Virus record (IMG/VR): IMGVR_UViG_3300017989_000063
Source of the DNA: an uncultured virus (IMG/VR IMGVR_UViG_3300017989_000063)
Taxonomy: Duplodnaviria > Heunggongvirae > Uroviricota > Caudoviricetes
Length of the DNA: 64,000 nucleotides
Direction: 5' to 3' (one strand)
Below the pieces are notes generated by a model. The model saw only the letters and a list, made by a program, of their open reading frames with translations, was not told the origin of the DNA and did no database searches. Below, piece by piece: positions 32,061-43,979 of this stretch. The translations under genes and the position numbers were made by a program. The stretch's first letter is position 1. Each line of letters opens with the position of its first letter.

Positions 32061-32458
32061 GGGTGACGACGCAGCTCGAGTACGCGGCGCTGGCGCTGGT
32101 GCAGGTCATCAACCACGAGCGTGAGCATCGCACTCCCCTTTCGGTATCTCGGATCGCCAAGCGCGCAGGGCTCTCCCGCGACTACGTGGAGCAGCTCCTG
32201 CTGCGCCTCCGCCGAGCTGGCCTCGTGCGCTCCACCCGTGGGGTGCAGGGTGGTTACCAGATGGCCCGAATGCCGTCGCAGGTGACCATCCGGGACCTCT
32301 ACAAGGTGGTGGTGGGCGATGGAATCAAGGTTCCGCCGTCGATGCCCAACGCCTGTGACGAGGTCTGGGACGAGCTGGAGCAGGCGATCCTCAACACGCT
32401 GGGGGAGTTCAACCTCCGAAGCCTGGCAAGAAAGCAGAGGAAGATCGATGAAGGCTGA
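32057..32458 (+). CDS. Rrf2-family transcriptional regulator
   Basis: YAALAL...IAKRAGLSRDYVEQLLLRLRRAGLVRSTRGVQGGYQMAR...TIRD; start ATG at 32057. Confidence 0.9.
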   Translation: MRVTTQLEYAALALVQVINHEREHRTPLSVSRIAKRAGLSRDYVEQLLLRLRRAGLVRSTRGVQGGYQMARMPSQVTIRDLYKVVVGDGIKVPPSMPNACDEVWDELEQAILNTLGEFNLRSLARKQRKIDEG

Positions 32459-33592
32459 CGAGACCATCAAGGATATGGCCGAGCACGGAGTTCGCTTCGA
32501 CCTGACGCCGACCACCTGCTGGAGCGGCTCCACGGAGCAGGAGCGGATGGGGAAGCTCCACTCCTTCTACTGCGACTACATCCAGCGCATCGACCAGTCG
32601 GTGCGGGAACGGGCCCGGAGCGCTCTGAACGAGGACAAGTCCGACCCCGTCGTCTGCAAGCGGTGCGGCAGCAGACACGTTCAGCACGTCGTGTGGGTGA
32701 AGTCCAACACCAACGAGGTCGTGCAGGACTTCGGGGAGTGGAAGGACAACAAGGACCACTCTCGTAGCTGGTGTGAGGAATGCCAGTCCTCGGTCGACCT
32801 CTGTGATACCAGCATCGCAGAGCCCCGACACTGCGAGGAGTGCGGGCTCCGTGAGACGTGCCCCTACCGGAAGAGGTCGGTGGTCTTCATCATCCGAGCT
32901 TCTGGTCTCATCTCGCTGACTAGGGATATGCTGAAGGGCTACCTCGCCAAGGAGGGGGTCTGGATTCTGTCCTCGGATGGAGATCTCCTCGAGGTCGAGT
33001 TCACGGATCTGGGAGACCCCGAGATCAACTACGGGCGCATCTCCTATCTCGCGGACCAGAGCACTGTCGGCTTCGAGGTCGTCGGTCCCAAGAAGGAGGA
33101 GCCCGATGCCTAGGTTCATGCTGATCGAAGTCCAGGATCCCACCGACCTGCGCGAGCTCGAGGCGGCGTTCGACGTGTGGACTGACGACCTCCGTGCGGA
33201 CGGTCTCATCCTGGCGAGACCCAAGCTGAAGATCCTGCCCGAGTTCCTCATCGACCCGGAGATGGCCTCGAACAACATCAAGCGGCTGGCGGACTACCTC
33301 ATCGAGACGTTCCCCGAGTCGGTGAAGACCTGGCTGCGCATCATCAGCGGCGAGGACGTGTCCGAGCCTGTGGAGGACGCGGTCGACGTGGCCACCAAGC
33401 TGCTGTCCGACCTCAAGGCCAAGGGCGTCGGCTACGACACGATGAAGAGCATCGTCAAGTTCCGTCTGGGGCGCCTGTGGAAGCACTCGGTCGGGGGTGT
33501 GGGGGTCGTTCGCAAGGAGCTCAAGGCGATGGCCGCCGACCTGGGCATGGAAGACGTGATCGGCGAGATGAAGAAGAGGGAGGACGATTCCG

Positions 33593-35548
33593 ATGAGTGA
33601 CTTCATCCAGGAGGTCTTCGGACCCGAAGGCCACCTGGCCCAGGCGTTCGACGGCTACAAGATGCGCTCTGGGCAGGTGGACCTCGCCCAGGCCGTGTGC
33701 GACGCCATCTCCGCGGGAGAGAACCTGATGGTCGAGGGTCCGGCCGGGACCGGCAAGTCCTTCGGCTATAGCGTCCCGGCCGTCGAGTTCGCGGTGCGCA
33801 CAGAGGAGCGTGTGGTCATCGCCACCGCCAACATCGCGCTGCAGGAGCAGCTCGTGAAGAAGGACCTGCCTCTCCTGCAGGGCATCCTCCCTTGGCACTT
33901 CGAGTTCGCGTTGCTGAAGGGCCGGACCAACTACCTGTGTCGGGCATCTCTGCAGGAGGCTGACCAGGACGAGGACTACAAGCGGATGGACCTCGACGAG
34001 CGGGAGCAGTTCCGGGAGATCGAGACGTGGGCCAAGGATACCGACCACGGCGACTTCAGCGAACTCGGGTTCAACCGAACGCCGCGCGTCGTGGGGCTCA
34101 CCTCGAGGTCCTCGGACTCCTGCCGAGGCGGGGCCTGCAAGTTCTGCAAGGAGGGGCTGTGCTTCCCCGACCTCGCTCGGTCCCGGGCCCGCAAGGCCGA
34201 CATCGTGGTGGTGAACTATCACCTCCTCTTCGCCGACATGATCGTGAAGGCCAAGACCGGCAAGTCGATCATCATCCCCAACTACGAGGTGCTGATCCTA
34301 GACGAGGCGCACAAGACGGCGGACATCGCCAGGGACTTCCTCGGGTTCCGTCTCTCTCCCTACGTGGTCCGCAGGGCTGTCCGTCTCCTGGGCAAGATCT
34401 CGGAGCAACAGCTTCGGGATGCTGCGGTCACCAAGGCGTTCGAGTTCTTCGGCGAGCTGCTGGAGTTCTCGAGGTCGGATGAGTACTCGTGCCGCCTGCG
34501 CGAGCCCCCTCCCGTCGACCCCTCCGATCTCGTCGAGATGCTCCGCAGCGCCGGCGCCGTGATGAAGAAGGCCAGCATGTCCTCCAACACCAAGTTCGGC
34601 ACCGAGCGCAAGGGGCTGCTGCTGGACCTGAAGAAGGCCTCGGCCCGCTGCTACGAGATCGCTGGCGAGCTGGACATCGTGTACTCCGTGGGTGAGGAGG
34701 ACGAGGAGAATCTGGCCATCTACCTCGAGGAGTTCGGCTCGAAGAAGAGCAAGACCGCAGTCATCCAGGCACGAGTGGTGGATGTCGCCGGCCTGCTCAA
34801 CGAGATGCTCTTCGACGAGGTCAGCAGCTCCATCCTCACGTCCGCCACGATGACCGTGGAGGGCCGCTTCGACTTCGTGCAAGGCGAGCTCGGGGTCGCT
34901 GACCCTCGCTTCCTCGAGGTGCCCACCCCCTTCGACTTCCGCCACCAGGCCAAGCTGATCGTGCTCGAGGGGATGCCGGCTCCCACGGACCGGACATTCC
35001 ACCAGGCCGTCGCCGGCGCCGTGCACCGCATCATCGGGGCTGCCCGCGGCCGCACCCTCGCGCTATTCACCAGCTACAAGAGCCTCAACCACGCCGCGGT
35101 GCGCCTCGAGCGCGATTGCGACTTCATGGTCCTCAGGCAGGGGGACAAGCCCCGCACCCAGCTCCTGCAGGAGTTCAAGGACAACACCGACTCCGTGCTC
35201 CTGGGAACCGAGTCGTTCTGGGCCGGCGTGGACGCGCCAGGGGAGACTCTCTCATGCGTGATCATCGACAGGCTCCCGTTCGCCAGCCCGGAGGACCCGG
35301 TCCTCGACGTGGTGAAGACGTACAACGACAACTGGTTCTGGGACATCGTCATCCCGCGATCCATAATCCAGTTCAAGCAGGGCGTCGGTCGGCTGATCCG
35401 ACGTGTGGACGACCGGGGAGTCATCGTGATCCTCGACAAGCGGATGAACACCAAGAGCTACGGCCAGGCGTACTACAGGAGTCTGCCCAGGATGCCCGTG
35501 GGCGAGAGCCTCGACGAAATCGCCGAGTTCCTGAACGGAGGTGCGTGA
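33593..35548 (+). CDS. DinG/YoaA-family ATP-dependent helicase
   Basis: Q motif RSGQ, GTGKS, KGRTNYLC plus Fe-S cysteines, DEAH, SAT, FWAGVD, QGVGRLIR. Confidence 0.93.
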   Translation: MSDFIQEVFGPEGHLAQAFDGYKMRSGQVDLAQAVCDAISAGENLMVEGPAGTGKSFGYSVPAVEFAVRTEERVVIATANIALQEQLVKKDLPLLQGILPWHFEFALLKGRTNYLCRASLQEADQDEDYKRMDLDEREQFREIETWAKDTDHGDFSELGFNRTPRVVGLTSRSSDSCRGGACKFCKEGLCFPDLARSRARKADIVVVNYHLLFADMIVKAKTGKSIIIPNYEVLILDEAHKTADIARDFLGFRLSPYVVRRAVRLLGKISEQQLRDAAVTKAFEFFGELLEFSRSDEYSCRLREPPPVDPSDLVEMLRSAGAVMKKASMSSNTKFGTERKGLLLDLKKASARCYEIAGELDIVYSVGEEDEENLAIYLEEFGSKKSKTAVIQARVVDVAGLLNEMLFDEVSSSILTSATMTVEGRFDFVQGELGVADPRFLEVPTPFDFRHQAKLIVLEGMPAPTDRTFHQAVAGAVHRIIGAARGRTLALFTSYKSLNHAAVRLERDCDFMVLRQGDKPRTQLLQEFKDNTDSVLLGTESFWAGVDAPGETLSCVIIDRLPFASPEDPVLDVVKTYNDNWFWDIVIPRSIIQFKQGVGRLIRRVDDRGVIVILDKRMNTKSYGQAYYRSLPRMPVGESLDEIAEFLNGGA

Positions 35549-38500
35549 TGCCTGTCCACTTCAACTACGTCGAGGCCACGAGCAACCCCCTCCTCGACTT
35601 CTCCACCACTCTCGGCCGCCCGGCCTGTGGCGCAGGAGCCGAGACCGGCTCGACCCACATCGAGCTCTCGGAGGTAACCTGCCCCGAGTGCCGGCGGTGG
35701 ATCAACGAGAACATCATCGAGGCGACGGCCATCTCGGACTTCCTGCGGGCCCACGGCCGCATGGAGAGGTCGATGGAGGACGCGCACAGGCTCTACCGCG
35801 GCATCCCGGTCAAGAAGAACGATCCCACTGCAACCGAGATCGTGTCCGACTGGGTGCAGCAGCGGATGATGGTGGCCACGTTCTTCCGGGAGTTCTTCAA
35901 CCGGGGCATCGTCATCCTCCAGCGCACCGTGGAGATGTCCCAACGCGGGGGTTCGTGATGTGTGGGTACATCATCGGCTCTCTCGTCGTGGTCTTGCTCC
36001 TGATGCTGGAGATACGAGAGCTGAAGAAGGACAAGGAGCAAATCCAGAGGTGGAGCGACGAGTGGAAGGGCAAGTACTTCGCCGCGGCGGACAGCCGGCA
36101 GGAGGTCCTCAACTCTGCTCGTGACCTGGTGTCCATCTCGAGGACCATCCTCGACGAGTTCCGCAGCAGGCACATCAGGGTGCAGGGCGGTACGCTCGAG
36201 GACCACAAGAAGAGGATGGCTGCGTGGACTCACATGAGCGACGCCATCAGCAAGCTGCAGCGTCAGCTGGAAGGAAGGAAGCCATGACCGACGGATCAAT
36301 CCCCGTCCGTATCGAGGACTGGATCGAGGTCGACCTCTACATCACCGAGCCCGACTCCGATGATCCCACGCCGAAGAAGTCTGGCACCGGCTTCATCCCC
36401 GAGAGCGAGCGCAAGGAGCTGCCGGCCACCAAGCCCTGGTCGTCCGTCTTCGACCCTGGCGAGGTTCCCGAGCCCGGCTCCACCCCCGAGGAGCAGAGGT
36501 CGCGCATCATGTACGACCGACTCCAGCCCAAGTCCTGTGCCCTCTGTGGCACCAAGCTGGGGTGCTGGGCGTCCACGGTCTTCTGCCCCAACTGCGGAAT
36601 CGTGCTCTGCCGCGTGAGCCCTCTCGTGCGCCTCGGTGCGGACTGGAAGTGGGTGATCCACCCCGACTGGCGTGAGAAGCTACTCCGGCTGTGGGAGCTC
36701 CTCGGCAAGCGGGAGAACCAGCCCTACCTGGTCTACGTCTGCCACGCCGACGAGCCGGACGAAACCGCCAAGTACCTGGGGCCCTACTCCGCGGAAGAGG
36801 CCGAGCGTGTCCTCAAGGAGCTCGAGGGGGGAGACCCCGACCATTTCTGGTTCTACGAGATGCTGGAGCTGGACGACGACGGAGGAGACGTGCAGAGGCA
36901 CATCCTCGGACTGGAGGCGTAGATGCGAAGACCACAGGCACAGGACACTGTCCACTACGCTCGCCAGTACGTGGCCGAGCAGGCCTCCAAGCCGAAGGGC
37001 TGCGTGTGCCCCTGCTGCAATCAGAACGCGAAGGTCTACCGTCGCTCGCTCAACTCGACGATGGCCCGCGGCCTCATCTGGCTCTACCAGCTCGACCCAG
37101 AGGGCAAGATGTGGACGGACGTTCCCAAGCAGGGTCCGAAGTGGCTCGTCAGTAAGGGCGGCACGTTCGCACTGCTGGCCCACTGGGGCCTCATCGAGAC
37201 GGCCGAGAATTTCGACAAGTCCAAGCGCACCTCGGGGATGTGGCGCATCACTCCTCTCGGTCGTCAGTTCGTGGAGCGTCGGGTTCAGCTTCCGTCCCAC
37301 GTCTACCTCTACGCCGGCAAGGTCCAGCACTTCGACCTCCGCAAGATCTACATCGACGCCGCGCTCGGCACCCGGTTCAACTACGACCAGATGATGAAGG
37401 AAGGTGCGAGATGAGCAGCCGCGTCAACATCAAGGAGATCCTGGCCGACCCCGAGCAGCGCAAGCACCTCATGCAGTTCCTCGAGGAGAGCATCCTCGGC
37501 GCCGTGGCGATGGGTGGTGGGCCGCACGAGGTGCGTGAGCCTCTGGTTGAGAGGACGGTGGATCAGCAGACAGACCTCGGGCTGCTGCGTACCTACTACC
37601 TGAAGCCTGGAAGCCCCGCGTTCCTCGAGAACAGCTTCGTGGACTGGCTCAAGGCTCTCAACTTCATCGCCCTGCCTCCCAACCCCACCAGTGCCGTCAT
37701 CTCGGTGCAGAGCATCTCTACCGTCGGGGAGCCCAACAACGACGGTAGCCGGACCTACTACATCGAGCGGGCGCTGATGATGGTTCATCCAGGCAAGCCC
37801 AACCACCACCCCGAGGCCGAGGCCAGCTACTGCGCCAACTGGGAGGGTGGGGCTGACTCCATCTGCAACGAGCAGGACTGCAAGACCTGTGGCCTCTGGC
37901 GCGACAAGCGTACTGAGGTGGCCGAGCCCGGTACGATGGAGATCGGCGAGGCCATACGTCATGCCCAGGAGAAGTCACGGACGGGTCCAGGTTGTGGCCT
38001 AGCCCAACACAAGTGCGCATCCGAGCACGCCCAGCTCGCTCTGTGGCTGCGGGAGCTGATCACCCTCCGCTCCAGCGTGGCGGGCTACGTCAAGCTCGTC
38101 CGGGACATCGCCAACGGCTGCATCGACAACCCCGCGAAGTGGTGCAAGAGCTACCTCGAGCACGAAGGCTTCAGCGAGGACGAGATCCGAGAGGGGGACG
38201 ACGATGAGTGATACGATCAACTGGCTGCTGACGATTGTGTACCGGGGAGGTCTTCTGCGCTGCGCCCTGCAGGTGAAGCGAGACACTCTGACGGACTACT
38301 GCATCCAGAATCCGATGGAGCCCGAGAACCTCGAAACGATCCAGGAGCTGCTGCCGGCGCACGTTCGTTCCTGTGGTCCCCTCGTGGCGGTGGAACCCAT
38401 CTTCGAGATCTGCATCGTGGAAGGAGGTGAGGACGATGGCTAAGCCCGTGATGGACAGGGGAGTTCGGTTGCAGCTCCACGCCCTCATCACCTACATCAA

Positions 38501-41009
38501 GATGGGCCTGGAGCCGGGCGCCGAGCAGCACACCAAGGACAAGATGCTGGAGCGTGCACAGAAGGCTGACAGGCTCGTGCTGGATTGCCTTGCTGTAGAC
38601 TCCGAGCAGGAGAAGTTACCTGACTGCGTGACGCTTCATGTGGTGGGGGAGTGCGGAGTGTGCGGAGGCCACCTCATCGAGAGCCTGAACGATGTAGGGC
38701 AGAAAGAGCATCGGTGTATCGACTGCCACTGTTCCTACGAGGTGGAAGAGGAGGATGAGGACGATGACTGACGAGATCATCAACGCCCCCAATCAGCGGA
38801 CACCTCGAGTCGGCACCTGCATACGCTACTGGTTCAATGACCCCGACTTCGGGGGGCAGCGGCGGCTCAACACCGGCTACGTCCTCCAGGCCGTCGAGGG
38901 CAAGGCCCTTGGGTTCGACTGGCTTGTTCTCACCGAGGACGGCGCCACCCTCGGCCTCGACGAAGAGGACGTGCAGCAGCGCTACTTCCTCCACTACCCG
39001 TGCGAGGACTGCAACAAGGCCAAGCTCTTCTGTCACATCAAGCCGGAAGGGCCGGAGGGCCCCAACGAGGAGGGTGGCCGCTGGACCTGCCCCGAGTTCG
39101 TGCAGGTGGGATTCAGGGTGATTCCATGAACGAGCAAGAGGCAAGGGAGACCATCCAGAGGATCAGAGAGATGAAGGAGTCGCTCGACCGCGACATCCTC
39201 ATCTACGGCAACTCATTCGAGTGCTTCTATCACGGCCGTGTCTGCCCTACCGAAGTCAAGTGGAATGCTCACGGCGGCCCGGTCTGTCCCCACTGTGAGG
39301 AAGACACGCAGCTGGAGATGATGCGCAGGGACAAGCCGGAGCAGTACACCTACGGTCAACACTTCTTCGTCTCTGGGCGTAAGCTAGATTTGCGTCCGCT
39401 GCACATGCTCCTCGCTATGCAGAGTACCCGCAATCGCTGGCAGGGCCGAGAGCTTTTCGGCTTGACGATGGTGCTCCACTTCAACGGGATGTACGACTTC
39501 GCCGACAACTTCGAGCCCTGGGGGTACCGCTGATGGACGGCCCGACACTCTACCGCGTGCTGAAGAAGGCCAAGGACGAGGATCTGCTCGAGGCCTGCCA
39601 CATCGTCGCCGACCTGGCGCACGCCGGAGGGCCCAGCCCTTGCGCCTCACTCACGATGGCGTGTCGCAGCAGAGCCGAGAGGCTCGTCGACAAGATGAAC
39701 GGCCTCTACCTCAAGCTGCGTCGGCTGGACGCCATCAAGCCCGCGCCTGGACAGCCCATTGTCCACTTCTCCCACAAGCAGGGCTGGTCCGCTTCCTGCA
39801 ACGCCAACCTCTCCGAGAGGAGGGGGTTCAAGACCACCACCGACCCCTACAAGGTGACCTGCGGTAAGTGCAAGCTGGGACAGGATTGGAGAAAGGCGGT
39901 GGGGTTGCCATGATCGTGCGCTGGACCGACCCACGCTACCAGGTGCTCTTGGACGGCAAGGAGCTAGACTCCTATCACGAGGCTGACGACGAGGAGGGAT
40001 ACGTCGTGATCACCAAGACCATCCAACATGGTGGCGCTACCATTCCCCAGGTCGACTCGAAGACGGGCCGGCTGAAGACCGAACGACTCACCGGCGAGGT
40101 GAAGATCATACGGAGGGCTGTCTGATGGAACACGAGTACGAGGTGGGCTGGAAGCTGATGATCACAATCCTGCTCTGCGTCGGCATGATCGTGAGTGGGG
40201 AGCGGCTGTCCTGCAGCTCCTGCGACTCGTGCGAGTGCCTCCAATACAAGCAGGAGCGCGTGACGACGCCGGAGGAAGCATGGCGGTGACGAACATTGGC
40301 CACATCCTGGTGACCCACGAGGGTGAGAAGCCGTTCAGATCCTCCACCGTGATGGGAGAGGAGCGATCCAGAGCCCTCGGTAGGTTCTTGCGGGGATTCC
40401 CCGTCGAGGGGTACGAGTTCTGGTTGTGGCGCGGTACCGGCCCGGCCGGAACGCTGAAGACGGTGGAGGACGCCAACGTCGATCCCGACGTCGTGGACTA
40501 CTACTGGGACGAGAACGGAGAGCCGAAGAAGGGTAGGTAGCTCGTGGTCAAGAAGAAGAAGCGCAAGCGGCGTCGAGGAGGCGGCTACTGCATGGAAGAC
40601 GATGACCTCGAGGCGCTGCAGGAGATGTGGCTCGACGACTGGGAAGCGAGCCAGATGCCCTACGACGACTATGACCCCGAGCCGGATCTCGGATTGCGAG
40701 GCGACGATGACTAGGACCGAGTTCCACGAGAGGCGAGCCTACATCGCCAGGGTCGTCGTCCTAGGGATGACATCCGATCCAACTCGAGCTGCGGGTGTTT
40801 ACGGAATGCTGGACATGATCGACCCAGACGATCGTTCTGGCTATCCAGAGCCGGTGTGGCTAGTTCACCGCCGAGATGCGGAGGACGCCGTCGAGGCGGG
40901 GCTGCTTGATCCCTCCGTGCTCGACCAGGAGGAGAAGGAGCTCGACTTCTCCGATCTCTTCAAGCCTCAGTACGGGTGGCTGATGCCAGTTCACCCAGAC
41001 CACTTCTAG
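35548..41009 (+). other. Run of ~14 small hypothetical CDSs
   Basis: Tightly overlapping + ORFs, many Cys-rich, a few with TM helices. Confidence 0.55.
36923..37414 (+). CDS. Zn-finger/winged-helix protein, paralogue of 23185-23781
   Basis: GCVCPCC..AKVYRR...HWGLIE...SGMWRITPLG. Confidence 0.65.
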   Translation: MRRPQAQDTVHYARQYVAEQASKPKGCVCPCCNQNAKVYRRSLNSTMARGLIWLYQLDPEGKMWTDVPKQGPKWLVSKGGTFALLAHWGLIETAENFDKSKRTSGMWRITPLGRQFVERRVQLPSHVYLYAGKVQHFDLRKIYIDAALGTRFNYDQMMKEGAR

Positions 41010-41031
41010 CAACCGAAAGGAATGGTAACCG

Positions 41032-42330
41032 ATGGATGTCCTGTTCACCCCCCTCAACGACCAGCTGCGCTCCGGGCTCGACAAGATCCGTGAGGAGCAT
41101 GGCCTCGATGGCTACTACGCGGTCCTCATCTACGAGGAGGGCCACCTGCTGACCGAGGCCGTCTACAGCCTCTTCCCAAACGCCAAGTCGGCGAGTACCA
41201 ACTTCACGATGCACTCGCTGACCAACTTCTGCCCGGTCGACGAGGTGTTCTTCGAGTTCCAAGGCCACAAGCAGGCTCTGGTCTCCGTCTCGGCGATGGG
41301 CTCTGCGGCGAACGGCGACATCACCCACTTCTTCCTGATGTCACACACCGAGGAGAGCCTGCGCGAGATCACCAAGCGCGTCATCGACGCCGTGCGCGAC
41401 ATCCAGGTGCGCACGCGGACCATCAGGGTCTTCGGCGGGCCGGATGTCAAGATCCACCGGGAGTACGACTGGGACGACATCTGCTGGCCCGAGTCCCTGA
41501 AGAGGGACGTGCGCAACACCGTCGAGTTCTTCCTCGAGCGCAAGGACTGGTTCGAGCGCCGGCGTATGCCTTACAAGCGGGGCATCCTGATGACGGGCCC
41601 TCCGGGCAACGGCAAGACGCTGCTGGTCAAGGTGCTCCTCTCCCAGTACCCCTTCGTGGGCTTCGCGTTCGACTTCTACGACGAGGACAGCACGGGTCAT
41701 ACGTTCCGGAACATGTTCCGGTGCGCGTCGGAGATGGCGCCGGCGCTCATCCTGCTCGAGGACCTCGACCGTGCGCTGACGTCGGACCGCCAGGGTGGCA
41801 AGTACGACGTCAAGATCGGCCTCGACACCATCCTCAACACGATGGACGGCGTCGGCGAGCACCCCGGCATCCTCTCGATGGCCACGGCCAACGACATCAA
41901 CAAGATCGACCCGGCTCTGCGTCAGCGGCCGCGGCGGTTCGACCGAGTCTTCGAGCTCCCCAACCCTTCCGACGAGCTCCGGCAGCAGTTCGCGCTCAAG
42001 CTCTTCGGGGACTGTATCAGCGGGGACGAGTTCTACAAGGAGATCGTCAAGGAGACGGCTGGCTTCTCGATGGCGTTCATCGAAGAGGTCTATCTCAAGG
42101 CCTGCTCGGACGCGCTGACGGAGGGCTACGAGGTTCCCACGGTGCAGCACGTCGAGGACGCATTCAACGCCATCCTGGCCCACTGGGAGACCGACAGCTC
42201 ACGCAAGGTAGGATTCGCTGCCTCGGTACGCGGATCGGGGGGGAATGAGAAGATCCAGCCGATGAGTTCCGGAAAGCAGCCATACCCTTCGGTCGGAGGC
42301 GGGCGTTTGCTCACGAGAAGGGGGAGGTGA
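41032..42330 (+). CDS. AAA+ ATPase (BCS1-like)
   Basis: PYKRGILMTGPPGNGKT, LILLEDLD, TAND, Arg finger RPRRFDR. Confidence 0.9.
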   Translation: MDVLFTPLNDQLRSGLDKIREEHGLDGYYAVLIYEEGHLLTEAVYSLFPNAKSASTNFTMHSLTNFCPVDEVFFEFQGHKQALVSVSAMGSAANGDITHFFLMSHTEESLREITKRVIDAVRDIQVRTRTIRVFGGPDVKIHREYDWDDICWPESLKRDVRNTVEFFLERKDWFERRRMPYKRGILMTGPPGNGKTLLVKVLLSQYPFVGFAFDFYDEDSTGHTFRNMFRCASEMAPALILLEDLDRALTSDRQGGKYDVKIGLDTILNTMDGVGEHPGILSMATANDINKIDPALRQRPRRFDRVFELPNPSDELRQQFALKLFGDCISGDEFYKEIVKETAGFSMAFIEEVYLKACSDALTEGYEVPTVQHVEDAFNAILAHWETDSSRKVGFAASVRGSGGNEKIQPMSSGKQPYPSVGGGRLLTRRGR

Positions 42331-42520
42331 TCCGTGGCGCAGCACCGACACCGGTCCGCTCCTCGCTACCGCAACATCATCCGGCACATCGCGGGAGACT
42401 GCTATCTGGTCATGGCTGGGTGCAGGTGCGGTGCGCTGAGACAGGAGATCAGGAAGGACCGAGGACAAGGAGCAACCACTGGTGAGCTCATCGACAAGGC
42501 TCCTTGGGAGGAGAGGAAAG

Positions 42521-43123
42521 GTGGAACGTAGAAAGATCGGTGAGCAGGACATCGACAGGCTGTTCTTCACGGCCGACCTGCACCTGGGCCACAAGAAGAT
42601 CTTCTTGCCCGATTACGCCGACAGGCCGTGGCAAGATCTCGAGCTCATGAACGAGCAGCTCATCGACCGCTGGAACCGCAAGGTACCCAAGAACGGTCTG
42701 GTCTTCGTGGTGGGTGACCTCACGATGGCCGAGAAGGACCTCGACCGATTCGTACCGATGCTCAACGGCCGTATCCTCTACGTGCTGGGTGACCATGGGT
42801 TGGTGAAGCCCGGGAGCAAGAGGGCAGAGCTCTTCGAGGGTATCTATCATCTTCTTCGCCTCTCGATGCCAGGAGATCTACCCGACATCGTGCTGTGCCA
42901 CTGGGCGATGAGGAAGTGGCACAAGGCCCACTGGGGAACGTGGCACCTCTTCGGTCACTCTCACGGCGAGCTACCTCCGCACGGTCTGTCGTTCGACTGC
43001 GGCGTTGACGCCCCCGAGACGGACTACACCCCGATGTCTTACCTGGACGTCCTCGAGCAGATGAGGATGATCAGAAACTCTCCGGGCTACAAGCCCGTCG
43101 AGCACCACGGGAGGTCGAGATGA
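42521..43123 (+). CDS. Calcineurin-like metallophosphoesterase
   Basis: DLHLGH, VGD, LGDH (variant of GNH), LCH, GHSHG. Confidence 0.85.
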   Translation: MERRKIGEQDIDRLFFTADLHLGHKKIFLPDYADRPWQDLELMNEQLIDRWNRKVPKNGLVFVVGDLTMAEKDLDRFVPMLNGRILYVLGDHGLVKPGSKRAELFEGIYHLLRLSMPGDLPDIVLCHWAMRKWHKAHWGTWHLFGHSHGELPPHGLSFDCGVDAPETDYTPMSYLDVLEQMRMIRNSPGYKPVEHHGRSR

Positions 43124-43544
43124 TCCTGGTGCACAAGGGGCGCAAGCCGCCCGGCCCGCTTGAGGCCACCCCCATCCCCTGGGAGGTGCAGGTCTGGCTG
43201 CAGTCCCAGCTCTTCGTAATCGGAGATCCTTCCCTCTCGGCCGCGGACGTCGCCATCAGGATCCTGCAGAACACGATGGAGCGTTGTGGCAAGCGATACA
43301 ACTCCCTCAAGGTCTTCGAGGCTCTGGACGAGACCCATCGGGATCTCTCGGCCGAGCTCGACCGAATCAGGCAGGAGCTGGCCATTCAACCCCCCGGAGA
43401 GGCGGAGTGCAAGCGCTGCCACCGCACCGTTCCCTGGGAGGAGATCGAGGGCTGCGACGCCGAGGTGTGCGAGCGGTGTCGTGTTGACGACAAGTGCTGT
43501 GACGCCTGCTCCGAGCAGGGGTGCGACAGCGCGGGAGGTGTTTG

Positions 43545-43979
43545 ATGCCTGCGACACCGTGTGATCACGGAGAGTACTACACCATCGACTCCGAGCGCCG
43601 GCCGCTCACCCAGGAGGAGGTGCGTGGGGTCTGCGACTACTACCGAGCTGGGCATTCGATGGAAGACACGGCCGGTAGGTTCAGCATCTCCCGCACCCTC
43701 GTCAACCGTATCCTCGTCGAGCAACGGGTACCCAAGCGGCAGCACGGCGGATACCGCAACAAGGAGGTCACGCGCGACAACTGGATCGACAGGCAGCTGG
43801 AGGTGCCGGGGCCCACGCTGCTCGAGCGTCGGGAGTCGGGTGCCCGTCTCGTCGATCTCGCTCGCCTCTATGGAGTGAGCACGGTGGCCATCCGTCGCCA
43901 CATCATCGCGCTCCAGGAACAGCTCGAACGACGCCGAGAGGAAGTCCTTTACCTCAAGCTGCGCAGGGAGGCTGCATGA
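43545..43979 (+). CDS. Tandem HTH protein
   Basis: SMEDTAGRFSISRTLVNRIL and LVDLARLYGVSTVAIRRHI. Confidence 0.65.
   Translation: MPATPCDHGEYYTIDSERRPLTQEEVRGVCDYYRAGHSMEDTAGRFSISRTLVNRILVEQRVPKRQHGGYRNKEVTRDNWIDRQLEVPGPTLLERRESGARLVDLARLYGVSTVAIRRHIIALQEQLERRREEVLYLKLRREAA

Noticed and set aside
33593..35548. DinG as a type IV CRISPR (CasDinG) partner of the RAMP locus
   Set aside because: It lies ~26 kb away on the opposite strand within an unrelated gene run and looks like an ordinary YoaA/DinG; no linkage evidence.
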